Assembly (NCBI RefSeq): GCF_009914755.1
Contig: NC_060927.1
Reading direction: 5' to 3' (one strand)
Source: the human T2T-CHM13v2.0 reference genome, Homo sapiens
Length of the DNA stretch: 64,000 bases
The notes beneath the pieces are model-generated. The model was not told where the DNA came from. It saw nothing but the letters and a program-made list of their open reading frames with translations, and did no database searches. Shown here in pieces: positions 23,455 through 42,810 of the stretch. The translations under genes and the position numbers were made by a program. The first letter of the stretch is position 1. The number at the start of each line of letters is the position of its first letter.

Positions 23455-23640
23455 GGGCAGTGGTTCTTAAATATCAGCAGGCAACATCACCTGGAAGCAT
23501 GTTAAAATAGAGATTACTGGCCTCTCCCCAGGGGGACTCTCGTGCAGTAAGTCTGGGTTTGGGCCCAAAAAACTACACTTCTATCAAGTTCCCAAGAAAT
23601 GTTAATGTTGCTGGTGTGGAGAACACACTAGTGTAGAACA
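23455..23640. mobile_element. MER5A remnant
   Basis: cagtggttcttaa...atcacctggaagcatgttaaaat... Confidence 0.65.
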
Positions 23641-23769
23641 ATCTATGGAGCCAAGAGATCATTAGGAGAAACAGGTCAGAAAATCACTGACAGGCAGGAA
23701 ATACAGACAGTTACAAGTGGAACAACATGTAGAGCTTGCTCCCTCAGCACTAAGCCTTGCTATCCTCCA

Positions 23770-25480
23770 CCTGCTCATTCATTCATCTGATTAGCAGATA
23801 TCTACTGAGCATCTACCATGTGCCCAGAAAAGGAACAACAGGACTTTTGTCTTCCTGGAACTTACACTAATGAGAAAAAACTGTGCATAAGGCCGGACGC
23901 TGTGGCTCACGCCTGTAATCCTGGCACTTTGGGAGGCAGACGTGGGTGGATCACATGGTCAGGAGTTCAAGACCAGCCTGACCAACATGGTGAAACCCTA
24001 TCTCTACTAAAAATAGAAAAATTGGCCGGGCATGGTGGACACCTGTAATCTCAACTACTTAGGAGGCTGAGGCAGGAGAATCGCTTGAACCCAGGAGGCA
24101 GAGGTTGCAGTGAGCTGAGATCACAATACTGCACTCCAGCCTGGGTGACAGAGCAAGACTCTGTCTCAAAAAAAAAAAAAAAAAACACAGAAAAAAAAAC
24201 CACAAACCTGTGTATAAATACATTAAATAAATAAAGCTGCATTCATTAGAGGCGAGAGAGCAGAGTCAGGGAGGTCCTAATTGAGGAGGTAACACTTAAG
24301 CTGAGACCTGAAATAAGGAATTGGCCATGTAAAAAACCAGCAGAGAACATCCAGGCACAGGAAACAGCAAGGAGGAAAGGTCCTGAGGCAGAAAAATACT
24401 TGGAAATCCTAGGAAATGTCTGAAGGTAAGTTTGGAGACAGAGTGAAGGAGGGAAGGAGTGTTACAAGATGGAACCGAAGAGGTAGGCAAGGGCCAAATC
24501 ATGCAAGATACTGAAGGTCATGTTAAGAATTCTGACCTGTATCATCAAATGTATCCATTAACCTACAAGACGTGCTCCTGAGAGGTAAATAGCGAAAAAG
24601 ACCTTAAAAAGGAGATTCAGCTCTGTAAGCCATCCCAGAGAGGAGGCAATTGTCATTCCTTGCCAGGAATGTGTGTGAATTATCTTCCAAATGCATATAC
24701 TCAGTTCCTATAACCTCAGTCTTTAATAAATCCTCATGTAAATCTATTAACCGTGCAGGTGCAATTTTTTTTGTTAAGATTATGATGTTAGAGTAACTGT
24801 ATAATGATCTCATGCTGTTCCCCCACCTGCCTTTTGTTATTAGCAGGAATCTTATGGCCTATTCCTCTTTGTCTCCCAGTAAAGAGGGGAGTTTAATCTT
24901 ACTAACCTCTGCCCTCTACTCACACGTAGGGCAGGATGCTCCCTCTTAATCTTTGCAAGAAAAATCTTAACTTGCAATCAACAGGCCTGGTATCAAACAG
25001 AGAGAGATAAACAAAACATAGTCCTAGATTTCAAGGAGTTTAAAATGTATGACATTATAATAAAATAAACATAACTAATTTACTAAGCAAAATGTGCTGC
25101 TTTAAACATTAATATTACCTTAAAGCGGTCATCAATTTTCAACTTCTACCTAGTACTATGAATAAAGTATTATTAACCCTTCCAAAAAAATTGAAAGCTT
25201 TGAAAAGTTTAAGCAGGTAAGAAGAAGAGATATGATTTTATGAAGTTCATTTTGTGTGGAGAATCAAGTTGGTGGAGCCTAAAACTGGACGTTGGAAGAC
25301 CATTTAGCAAGCTACTCCAGTGGTCCAGGTGAGAGATGGCAGTGGCCTGGATTATGGAAGTAGCCATACAGCTGCAGAGAGATGTGAGCAGATCTGAGAG
25401 ATGCTGATGAGTTAGAATCACAGGACAAGTTGACCAGCTGGTTGTAAACAATAAAGTGGAAGAACTTAAGGGAAAGGAAA
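23770..25480 (-). mobile_element. L2 fragments
   Basis: ctcattcattcatc start; gaggaggtaacacttaagctgagacctgaa; tccaggtgagagatgg motifs. Confidence 0.55.
23891..24200 (+). mobile_element. AluSg-like inserted in an L2
   Basis: Dimer; TSD ctgtg(c/t)ataa. Confidence 0.88.
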
Positions 25481-25805
25481 GTATCAAAGAGGATGTCTAG
25501 CCCTTTGCTTTCCTTAATGCTCCTTCCTAACCTTCCCGCCCAGTATCCATATGTCAGTCTGAGAAAGGAGGTCAATGAGGGAAAAGAGTGTGCTGAGCTG
25601 AGGAGTGGCCAAGGAAGCAGAGTGGTAGCAGCAAGGGAGGTTGGGGTAATATGGAGGAGGCCTCCAGCGGGGAGTGAATGGGAGCTGGTTACACTAAGGG
25701 GAACAAATGAACTGAATGAACAAATCAGTAAGTATATTGAGAATAATGAGAACCCAGTCTCTCTCTGTCTGAGAAGAGTTCTACAAACACAGAAAGAGGG
25801 AAGAC

Positions 25806-26173
<368 letters not shown>

Positions 26174-26699
26174 TCAAAATGTGTACATTGACAGACATTT
26201 TTAAAATATAAATGTCTATGCATGGGTACATATATTTTATCTAGCTTTGAATAGTGAGAAGCAACAATGACACCACCCAGGGAATGAACACAAAGAGCAC
26301 CCAGATCTTCATTTCTAAAAACTTAGGATTTCTTGGAGAAATGATTGATTCCAAGGCTGGCACAGGAAAAGCACAAAAGGAGCCCAGAACGGTACGTGGT
26401 ATCAGGAGTTAAGGAAGTGCTCAGTGATAGAAATAAGTCCAAGGACACAGAAGTCATCTTGAAGGGATCCCACTCGCCAAATCTGGGATGATTAGAGCAC
26501 CCAAACAATAAGCAGTAGCAGTAATAGTATCACATTACAACCCACTGAATAAAATCTATATCCACAAGTCCATGCTGATATGAATACGTACATGCATGCT
26601 GAAGAAAGGAAAGTGCTTCCTCAAAATAGAATTCCAACTTATATATACAAGGCCATCAAAATAATTTGCATAGCTCATGATCAATGCAAAAAAAAAAGG

Positions 26700-26826
26700 T
26701 GTTTACATTTTTAAAGGGTTACGAAAAGCAAAACAAACCAAAAGAATATGCAACAGAGACTGTATATGAGCTACAAAACCCAAAATATTTATTATCTGAT
26801 CCTTTATAGAAAATATTTGCCAACCT
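26700..26826. mobile_element. MER58 fragment within L1MC4-like sequence
   Basis: aaaatatttattatctgatcctttatagaaaatatttgccaacc. Confidence 0.6.
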
Positions 26827-26991
26827 CCGATGTAAAAAGAATGATGCAAATGGATAATCATCACATGACAACCACCCCAGAGGTATCTGGTACAGTTAAG
26901 AGTCATCAATGGATGCTATGGAGGTTTAATGAGGAAACACAGACAGACCCAGGTTAAGCTTCACCCCACAAAACAAAAGCTCTGCACTCTA

Positions 26992-27465
<474 letters not shown>

Positions 27466-29078
27466 TACAACCCATGCTCCTGAACAGGATCTTTGCACAG
27501 AAAAGAAAAAGGAGACACTGTTGGGACAACTGGCAAAATTTCAATGTAAAATTAATGATTCAGATAAATGCTAAGAGCAAGTAATAAGAAGCCCAAGATA
27601 GAGTCAAACTTGATGCATCAGAAGAAAAAGGGGAGGACTAGAAGTTATGAGACTTTGGTGGGAACTATTGAAAAAAAACTTTGCCAAAAAAAGAAACCAT
27701 GCTGAGTATAAGGATGAAAATCTGTATAATGTTATCTTTATAAAGTAAGCCCAATTAAAACAAGACAGATTTTTCTAAAGGCTCAGGATTAAAATGAATG
27801 TCTTAAAATATTATTCAAAGGTGCCTCAAGAAAGTTCACTGGTATACTTTGTAACTGTTTCTGATTGTTTACCTGTAATTATTAATACCATAATTAGTTG
27901 TGGGTTTTTGTAATTTTGAAAACATGTGGCTCCTGAAACAGACGTGTGTATAATCAATGTTATATATCCTTTCTTAATGATAATCAGGGGCAGGATTTAT
28001 ATCCATTGATCTTCAAGATTATATAGGTAACATAACTGAAAAATTTCCATAAATACCCACAGGATTTAGCAACATGAAAGTTATTAGTAACCTAAGCAAG
28101 ATTAGCTTCAGTGGCATTTTTTGGACAGTACCAGATTGGGCTAAAAGGGAAAAGTGGGCCGGAAAAGAGCAACAGTTATGTGGCAATAACTCTTTAAAGA
28201 GGTATGGCTAGGAATGGGGGGATATGCAGCCAAGATTGTGCGTGTTGTTGAGGGGGCAGGGGTGGTAAATTAAACACCTAAATGCTAACTAGCAGGATCT
28301 AGTAGAGAAGGAAACATTTGAGAGTCAGGAAAGGGCAAAAATAACCATTTGAATTAGGTTCCCAAGAAGGGACCAGGAAGAAGATTTGGAGAAACATGAA
28401 GAGGTTTGTCTCTGAAAAGAGAAGGAACAGCTTGTCAATGGTACCAGGAAGGAAAGAATTGAGAGAGGACAGATGTGCAGGTAAATAGGTCTACTTATAT
28501 GGCAGAAAGCAGTTGGGATAGTTCTCATCAGATGTCTTCACTTTTCCCTGGGCAGCAAAGGGAAAGTCATGAGTGAGGATACGTGATGAAAATGAGGGGT
28601 TGAGGGCATAAGGAAAGAACACAAAGTAAGAAACTGCCACAGAGAGAAGTGCAAGAGGTAGCTGAACTAGAGAAATACAACAAGGATGCCACATAGCGTT
28701 TGAGAGCCCAGATGAGATTGCTAACTCAAAGGGGTATTTAAATAAATCATAGGAGAGAGGGTTATATTTGTTCAATAGAGTATTAAATTGATACAAGCAT
28801 GTTAACACATCTTTATACATAATTATCCTTTACACCACGTTATTATAGCCATGTGAGTAAAGTAGTAGGCAACCCATCAAAACACAAAAACACCAAAATC
28901 ACAGATGCTTGAACATTAAAATGAATTCATCTGAACCACATGATAAACTCATTTGACACAAAATCTGAATGGGGATGCTAACAGGGAAAAGTCAGGGAAC
29001 ACTAAAAATATAACAAACCAAACCCTGTACCCTATATACTGCCACAGTTTTCTACTATCGCCTCTAAATTGTTTTTAA

Positions 29079-29381
<303 letters not shown>

Positions 29382-29630
29382 TTAGTTTTTGAAACCATAA
29401 TACCATAGTCCTAACAAGGTTTTATTGAAATTCTCTCACAGTCTCAAGGTTTTCCAGTTCCAAGTTTTCAAAATTCTCTTTTAGAAGAAAATCAAATTAT
29501 TTCTCTCAATATTACTCTGAGATTTCAGTTTCCTATCTATTAAATTAAATTTATTCTTATTCTAATATTTTCTTCAAACTTGCTGTTTAAAGATACCCAG
29601 ACATATCCCCCAAAAGATGCTTCATCTTAC

Positions 29631-29792
29631 CGATACTGCTGTTATCCTAAGAGAATCAGCAGTGGAGTGTCTGAATAGGTACCACAAAATGGGTCCTATT
29701 TCTCCTGTAATAAAGCCCTGGGCCTGAGCAGAAAAGGTGGTACAGACATTTTCAATAATTTTTGCTGCCATGTGATTCACAACACGCTCTTC
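29631..29792 (-). CDS. ULK4: ULK4 internal coding exon (probably exon 20; EERVVNHMAAKIIENVCTTFSAQAQGFITGEIGPILWYLFRHSTADSLRITAVS, 162 nt)
   Basis: Acceptor cctttctctatag and donor GTAAG. 54 open codons continue in frame into ALCRITR... Confidence 0.96.
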
Positions 29793-31065
29793 CTATAGAG
29801 AAAGGAGATTAAAATAATATTAGTGTGAGAAATAAATACATGTTATTTCTTTATGACCATTGTAAATAATGTTATGATACCAAGACAGTAACATGCCTCT
29901 GGATGTGTTAGGCAACTTGGGAGGAATGATAACTCTTTCAGGTCATTATGAAACTATTACAAATAATCATTTGGTTATTCACTAGCAAGCTATCATAACA
30001 TAACTCTCCATATATTTTAATAAAACAAAGAATTAGGAATATTTCACATGAAGGTTGCAGTGAGCTGTGATCACACCACTACACACTACTGCTGAAACAA
30101 TCTGGAAAATAAACAAAATAACTATAACATAAAAACTGGAAGATAATTTTAAAATCATACGGAGCAGGCAGAATAATCCTCAGAAGTCATTCAGTCCTAG
30201 GAATAATCTGAGCACCGATCAATCAGAGTGGAAAGATTGTCTAAATAAGGGACATCAAGGAGAGTCCTAAGAAAGGTATTGCTTCAGTGGTGTGACGAAA
30301 TTAATCCTAGAGGAAAAGCCATTCTGGATGGTCCTAGCGGTGCTAAAAAGTTAGCCTCAAAAAGATTCAACTGTTTTCAGGTAATATAAATGAGTCCAAG
30401 GAAAAGCCCAGAAGTACTTACAGAAATTTTAAAAAGTTCCGCATCCAATGATATAAAATTCGCAGTGAGTAACATCTAATTGAACACTGCCAAGCAAGCA
30501 AAGAAGCCAAAAAATATGATTCATAATTCAATCGCTAGAAATGACTGATAGACTTAGTAGAAAGATATTAAATGGCTATAATAAATGTAGTCCACATACT
30601 CAAGAAGGAAGAGGAAAGCAAAAACATAAGGAGAGAAACAAAAGATATAAAAATGACCCAAATCAAAATTCTAGAGATAAATAATGCAATGTCTTATAAT
30701 AAAAATACACTGAATGGGATTAACAGATTAGACACTACAGACTAAATGATTAGTGAACATGAAGACATAGCTACTAACAATAAAAATCTATCCAAAATAA
30801 ACACAGAAAGAAATAAGACTTGAAAAAGAAAAAAGAAACAGAGCATCAGTGAACTGTAGGACGCCTTCAAAAGACCTAATAAATGTGTAGTTGGAAAAAT
30901 GCTTGAAATATTGTCTGAGAAGTTTTCAAATTCATGAAAACTGGTAATTCCAGGTCTCAGAAGCTCAATGAGCCCTACGCAGAAGAAACAAAGAAAAATG
31001 ACACCAAGGTACATCATAATCAGACTGCTTTAAAAAAAAAAAAAGGAATAAAGAGAAAACCTTAT

Positions 31066-31456
<391 letters not shown>

Positions 31457-31804
31457 TCATCAGAAACAATACATACAAAAGACAATAAAGCAATATATTT
31501 TAAGTACCAAAAGAAAAAAAAAGTAACTGTCAACCTACAAATTTATGCACAAAAATAACATCTTTCAAAAACAAAGATAAAATAAGTACCATTCTGAAAT
31601 GCAAAAGTTGAGAAAATTCATCACCAGCAGAACTGCACTACAAAAATATTAAAGGAAATTATTCATGCAGAAAAAAATGATAATGAGAAGAAAATTAAAT
31701 CTATACAAAAGAACAAAGAATAAAAAAGTAAATATGTGAATAAATATAATAGATTGTTTTCCTTAATTTTTGAGCCTATTTTAAACATAAGCTGCAGCTG
31801 CTGT

Positions 31805-32110
<306 letters not shown>

Positions 32111-32383
32111 TAAACCAGAAATGACAAAAATGTATTGTGAGCTTTATAACATATGTAGACATAAAATGTATGACAATAGTAGGAAGGCTAGAAGGAGAAT
32201 ACTAGATTATTCTGGTGTAAGGTTCTTAGGAATTTGCATATCACTATATACATCATAAAAATAAGGTTCTGATACAAAGTTCTAACATACATGAGGTTCA
32301 TATGTAAGCATTTGTATATCATTACTTGCAGGTCAACTGTGATAAATTCGAGTTACACACTGTTAAATAAAAAAAGATGTATA

Positions 32384-32681
<298 letters not shown>

Positions 32682-32980
32682 GATTTGTAATAATAAGTCC
32701 ATAAAGGTGATATAAAGGCAGGAAGGACATTGGATAACACTATTAACTCACTTGGACATTTATACAACACTCCACTCAACAAAGGTAAAAGACACATTCT
32801 TTTCAAGATCACATGAAACATTACCAAGTTAGACCATGTTCAGGGCCGTAAAAAATATCTTAGCAACTCCATACTCATAGATTAATTTGAGATGAATCAC
32901 AAACCTAAATGTAAAAGTTAGATCCATAAAGCTTCTAGAAGAGGTCATAAAGAACACGTTGCAGTAGGCAAAGCTTTCTT

Positions 32981-36254
<3,274 letters not shown>

Positions 36255-36366
36255 CTAAACATAAGAGAAAAAGCATTAAATCAAGCTTCATAAAAATTTT
36301 AAATTTCTGCTCATAATGACACCATTAAGCCTCATAGTATCTCAGGCCAGGAAAAAATATTTACAT

Positions 36367-36658
<292 letters not shown>

Positions 36659-36959
36659 TTAAATATCTGAACATTTTATATATATGATACCTTAATTAAA
36701 ATAAAAAATACATTAAAGATTACATAATCCTACATTTATTTAACAAGAAAAATATATATGTAAAGGAAGGGCAAAGAAAGATATATAATACTCTGTTAAT
36801 GATGATTATAATAGGTCTTGGATTGTAGGGAGGAGGAGCCCACTAATTCAACTTTAGAAATTTTTACATTGCTTGGTTTGTTACAATATGCATTTACTGT
36901 TTTTTCAATCCAAATTTATGTATTTTTCATATAAAAACGTTTACAAATGCGCAGAAGAT

Positions 36960-37180
36960 ATTGAGTAATGTCTAAGTTCAAGCCATAGTTTTTGCATTTT
37001 GCTAGTTATATATCCTTCACTATTTTTATCTCTTTGCCCCAGCTTCATTATCTACAAAATGAAGATTAACAAAACACAAGCGGTTTGAGAATTAAATGAG
37101 ATAGCACACAGGAAGACTCAATCTAGAGCATGAAAAGTAGTAAATTCTCAATAAATGTTAGCTTTTATTCCCATTATTAT
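36960..37180 (+). mobile_element. MIR
   Basis: atctacaaaatgaagatt...gagaattaaatgagata...ctcaataaatgttagc. Confidence 0.7.
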
Positions 37181-38384
37181 TAATACCATATAGTACAAAC
37201 TACAAGACTGCTAGGAAAGAAATCTTAAATATCCTTCAATTTCCCAAACTTCAACACATTTTTCATTTCTCAGAATGGCTATCTGAGAGAACTCTTCCTT
37301 CCCATTCCCATTTCCTTCAATGCAGCCAGAATAAATTAACCTAACACTTCTAGCCTCTCTCTGTTCCTTTATTCACTCTACTTGGTGAAATAAAATGTGA
37401 CATCCATTTGACAAATTTGAAAAGAAAAAACTGGATATTCCTAAGTGCTCAGCTCAACTCTTCCCCATCCGCCCTTGGGGACAGGCCCACCCACACAGAG
37501 TTGTCGTCGCGTATCTCCTAGTTGTAAGCCTTAACTGGACAGGTACCCTACTTGGAGACCGCTGCTGTGTCTGGGGAATGCTAAGCTTCCTTAATGTGGG
37601 GTTCAATATGACGAAACCTATTTGCCCACAGAGATAAGCTGTATCCTCTATCCTAGTTCTTACTACAAAAAATATTAATATTTTGCCCCATATGCCTTGC
37701 TCTTTGTCTTATTTCTTATGAAGTTCTAAAATCTTTTTCCTGACTGTAGGGGGGAAATGAGCTATTTATAGAAGCCTTCTCAAATACATGTGCTTTACAA
37801 CACAATTGTCAGTCAGTTCCTAGGACTCATTCCTAGTACTAGAAAACCACAACTATTTTAGCAGCTGGGTTGGAAAGGGGCCATGTGTCATCCCAGTGCT
37901 CTGTAAACTCAGTGAGGTTGTCAGGCCAATTCAACCTGCTCCTACCTGAAATAAGTGACTCTAGTCCATCTTCAATCCCCTGTGGGATACCATACAAGCA
38001 AATAAGAGTAGCGGTATTTTCTGCTTAACTCACTCTTTGGGAAAGATAACTGAGCTAATGCCTATTGCTTAAATCAAAGACCTATTTCTTCACAGCACTA
38101 AAATAAAAGCTAAGATTATTTTTTAAATAGCTAGGCTTATTAATGAAGAGCTGTGCTATGTTTTAATGGTGTTAAATAGATTTAATATATTGTAGGCAGC
38201 CTTAACAAAAAAGTTTTCTGCCAATATAATTTTGGTCTACTTAGGCAGGCCGTTAGCCTTGCCTCTCATTTTTTTTGTTTACCTTGCTGGACAAATGCCG
38301 TCAGGGCAAACACCAGTTTAAGTCTCCTGGGCACCTCTCAGGGTTCTTGTCTACACAGTCGCTGACTTAAGAACTTGGTGCTGC

Positions 38385-38706
<322 letters not shown>

Positions 38707-40019
38707 TTATAGATGTTTGTAAGGTTTATTTTTTTATTTTATATCCAGTATTTATAGTTGCTTTCAGAGGATAGGGTTGTCCAGGTATCTTGTCCACTAT
38801 ACTGCAAGAAATGAAAATCCTATGTTCTTGGTTCAATGAATTACTAAAACAATAAAATATGTTAAAAAAAAAATCCAGGTACCTTGAAGCGCTTAGAGGA
38901 AAGATCAATCCACAAATGTGAAACAACAAATGTCAGTATTTCAGATGTTAATTTTGGTGCTCTTTATTGAAAAAGTAGGCGTGTAGACTAAGATTATATT
39001 TGTGTGTGGTGCTATGTTTAGTTCTATTTTTGATTTTAAAAGTAAATATAGATAATCAGTTTCCGCATATCACTGATTCAAAGTGTGTCTCCTCTCCCCT
39101 GCTCTGCAGTGTCACCTCTGTCATATGAATTGACATGTCTCTTTGTAGGTTCTATTTGTTTCTGTTGGCCTACTTATCTCTGTGCCACACTATCTAAATT
39201 AATAGCCTTTACTTTTAATATATATTTTCAATATATGCAGTGTTTTGCCCTACCAATATAATCTTTTTTCAATAATTTATTTTTGCCCTTTTTCATTTGC
39301 ATGTAATTTCTAAAATCGACTTAAGTTTATCTATTGGGATGTTGACTGAGAGTACATCTATAAATGTGAGGAACATTAAATGATATTAGTATACAATAGA
39401 AAACATACTCAATGAAAACATTAACAGTAAAAGACAAACACATTTAATTTTAAAAACACTGGAATAAGATGACAGCTAATTGAAGTTCCTTTGAATTCTT
39501 GATCACATTCAGCTAATGTGTTTATTACTTAACTTAGCTCTCCACTATAGGTCTAATTCTTTATAGTTAACATTTATGAAACTATATTTATATATCATAT
39601 GCTGGCCAGGTATAGGAAAGACACTGCCCTGTCTTCATTTATTGGGAAAGAGAAATGGCTTTTCATCCCTAGTTCTGTACTCCAGCTTTTTATTGTTTTG
39701 TAATTTCATTTGTTTTATTTCTTTCATGTGTCATTATTAAATCATTTAAGGCTATGAACTTTCCTTTCAATCCAGTGTTAGTGAAAGCCCATTAGTTTTG
39801 ACATGCAGTGTTTCCATTATTGTTACTATATAGACAGTCCCAAGTCTCATTTTAAAGTTTTCCCTCATCTAGGGTTCTTTATGAGATGGTTTAAAACTTT
39901 CCAGGTGGGTGGGATTTTATTGCCTTTACTCCTCTTTGTTGAAATAAAGTTGTGTTACCTAATAGTCAAGAATGTGGTCTGTTCTATTTCTCTGTCTCTT
40001 TCTTTAATGTTGTGGCAAT

Positions 40020-40948
40020 GGCCAGAAGTGGTGGCTCACACCTGTAATCCCAGCACTTTGGGAGACCAAAGCAGGAGGATCGCTTGAGCTTAGGAGTTCA
40101 AGACAAGCCCGGGCAACTTAATGAGACCCTATCTCTATTTTAAAAAATTTAAGACAAAAATAAAGTTGTGGTTATATGTAAGATAAATAGATATAAAATT
40201 GACCATTCTAACTCAACAGTGTATAGTTTTGTGGCAGCAGTCCATTCAAACTGTTGGGCTAGTTCTCATTTTTACATCTATTGAAATGTTAATTGGCTTA
40301 TTTCCTTTTTTTCCCTCTCACATTCAAAAGTTAGTAATGTACCTTACTGAGCATGGGCCATTATTTTATTTCATTTTATTTTATGTATTTGAGACAGGGT
40401 CTTGCTCTGTTGCCCAGGCTGAAGGGCAATAGTGTGCATAGCTCACTGCAGCCTCAAACTCCTGGGCTCAACCAATCCTTCTGCCTCAACTTCCAGAGTA
40501 GCTGGGACTACAGGCATGCACCACTACACTGGGCTAATTTTAAATTTTTTTTTTGTAGTGATGGAGTCTCGCTATGTTGCCCAGGCTGGTCTCGAACTCT
40601 TGGCCTCAAGTGATCCTCCCACCTAGCCCTCCCATAGTGCTGGGATTACAGGTATAAGCCACTGCACCTGGCCTTTATTTATTTTTTAAGTTTTATTATT
40701 AGAGATGGAGTCTCACCCTGTTACCCAGGCTGGAATGCAGTAGCACACTCATAGCTCACTACAGCCTCAAACTCCTGGGCTCAAACGATCCTACTAAGTA
40801 GGTAGGACTATAGGTGTACACCCAGCTAATATTTTTAATTTTTTAGAGACGGGGTTTCATTCAAGGATCACTTGAACCCAGCGATCCTCCTGCCTTAGCT
40901 TCTGAAATTGCTGGGATTACAGGTGTGATTGAGCCATGGCACCTGGCC
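40020..40948. mobile_element. FLAM (+, 40020-40145) and two tandem minus AluJ (40362-40673, 40675-40948)
   Basis: Recognisable Alu arms. Confidence 0.8.
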
Positions 40949-41486
40949 AAACATGGGCTATTGGTTCTGGTTGTTACTCTTTTCCTTTTCCTTCTAATCC
41001 TTGTATTGGAAAGAAAACAGTATGGAAATTTTATTTCTTCATTTTATTGATACGTAGATCTCTGCTTAGAAGGCAATTTTAGTTTTAAATTATAAATTTT
41101 TTGTTCATTATTCACGGAATACTAGGTTTGCCATGGGGTATTAATAAATGTTGCACGAATGAAGGGTTTTCTAGTCAAATAGGTTAGAACACATTGGGTT
41201 AAACAAACTTGGACAGTTTTGTTTCTGGTAATTTCTAGAGTTCTAAATTATGATTCTACTCAAGAGGATATTGTATGCAGCATTTTCAAAGCTACCTCAT
41301 CCTGCGTCATGTTGTGGTTACGCTTTGGGAGAGGAAGCTATAATCTTATACTGAGACTGTAATGAATGTATTAAAGTAATTTTCAGTAGCTTTCTATTTT
41401 AGAGTTACCTGAGAAATTATGACACTCTTTTCCAAACAGGCCAACCTGCTTTATGAACATGATTTCCATAATTTTAACAATGGGGA

Positions 41487-41805
41487 GGCCAGGCACAGTG
41501 GCTCATACCTGTAATTCCTTCCAGCGCTTTGGGAAGCCAGGGCAGGAGGATCACTTAAGCCAGTAGTTCAATACAAGCCTGGGCAAAATGGTAAAACCCC
41601 ATCTCTACAAAAAAATACAAATATTAGCCAGGCGTGGTGGCACACACCTGTAGTCTCAGCTACTCAGAGGCTGAGGTGGGAAAATTACTTCAGCCCAGGA
41701 GGTCGAGGCTGCAGTGAACAGTGATCACACCACTGCATTCCAGCCCAGGTGAGAGAGCAAGACCCTGTCTCAAAAACAAACAAAACAAAACAAAACAAAA
41801 CACAA
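41487..41805 (+). mobile_element. AluJb
   Basis: Dimer with (CAAAA)n tail. Confidence 0.85.
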
Positions 41806-42589
41806 ACCAAGGGTGAGAGACATGTTAGATCTTTTTGTCCTCGTTACAGATGTAAATGATCAGATGGAAAGAGGGAAGTATTTAGAGTGAAAAACTTTTG
41901 GTGGAACACACACAAAAATAGGAAGATCAGGTATAACTGTTCAAAAAAAAAGAGTACAGCAGTATAGAAGAAAAGGTATCCATGATAATATGGAATAACG
42001 ATTTCAGAGCTGGTGCTGGGATTTCAGAGATCTTGAGCTGGGAATCAAAAGATGGGAATTTCAGTCTCAGATGTGCCACTCCTTAGAGGTTTAATATTGA
42101 CTAATCCCCGGGGGCTCCACTTGGTGGTGTTCGCTATTTAAAAAAACAAAAACATGTGCCAATGATCTTCCATGTGTTTCTGACTTGAGCCTCACCCCTG
42201 AGTCTGAAGACTTACCCTTCCATTGCTTTGCCCTTCAAGTTTGTGCCCATTAGCAAAGATAAATTTTCTCCTTGGGATCACTGCTGTGTTGATCTCAGGA
42301 ATATTTGGCATTGAATTTAAATAATATATCTTTCATATGTGTGTACATTAGGGAGGCTGAGAAAGTTGTCTTTTTGTTTAAGGTGTCCATTTCTGGGGGA
42401 CAGGTAGCAGCCTACTCCACAATCCACACAGAAGCTGGAAATAGCCCCTAGAGAATTTCCACATGTCTAGAAAAGATTAATTTATACATTTGTATCTAAT
42501 CAACATTTTTTAGCTTACATAATAGTCTATATAATTATGGGTACTGAACTGACATCTGGCATATGCTGTATTTAAAAATGTGAGGTTCA

Positions 42590-42810
42590 ATGAGAACACA
42601 TGGACCCAGGAAGGGGAACAATGCATACTGGGGCCTGTCAGGGCAGGTGGGGGAGGAGCATCAGAAAAAACAGCTAATGCATGCTGGGTTTAATACTTAG
42701 GTGATGGGTTGATAGGTGTACCAAACCACCATGGCACACGTTTACCTATGTAACAATCCTGCACACATACCCTAGAACTTAAAATTTAAAAAATAATAAA
42801 AAATAAAAAT
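42590..42810 (+). mobile_element. L1PA (about PA13) 3'UTR fragment
   Basis: aatgagaacacatggacccagg...ccctagaacttaaaa followed by an A-rich tail. Confidence 0.7.
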
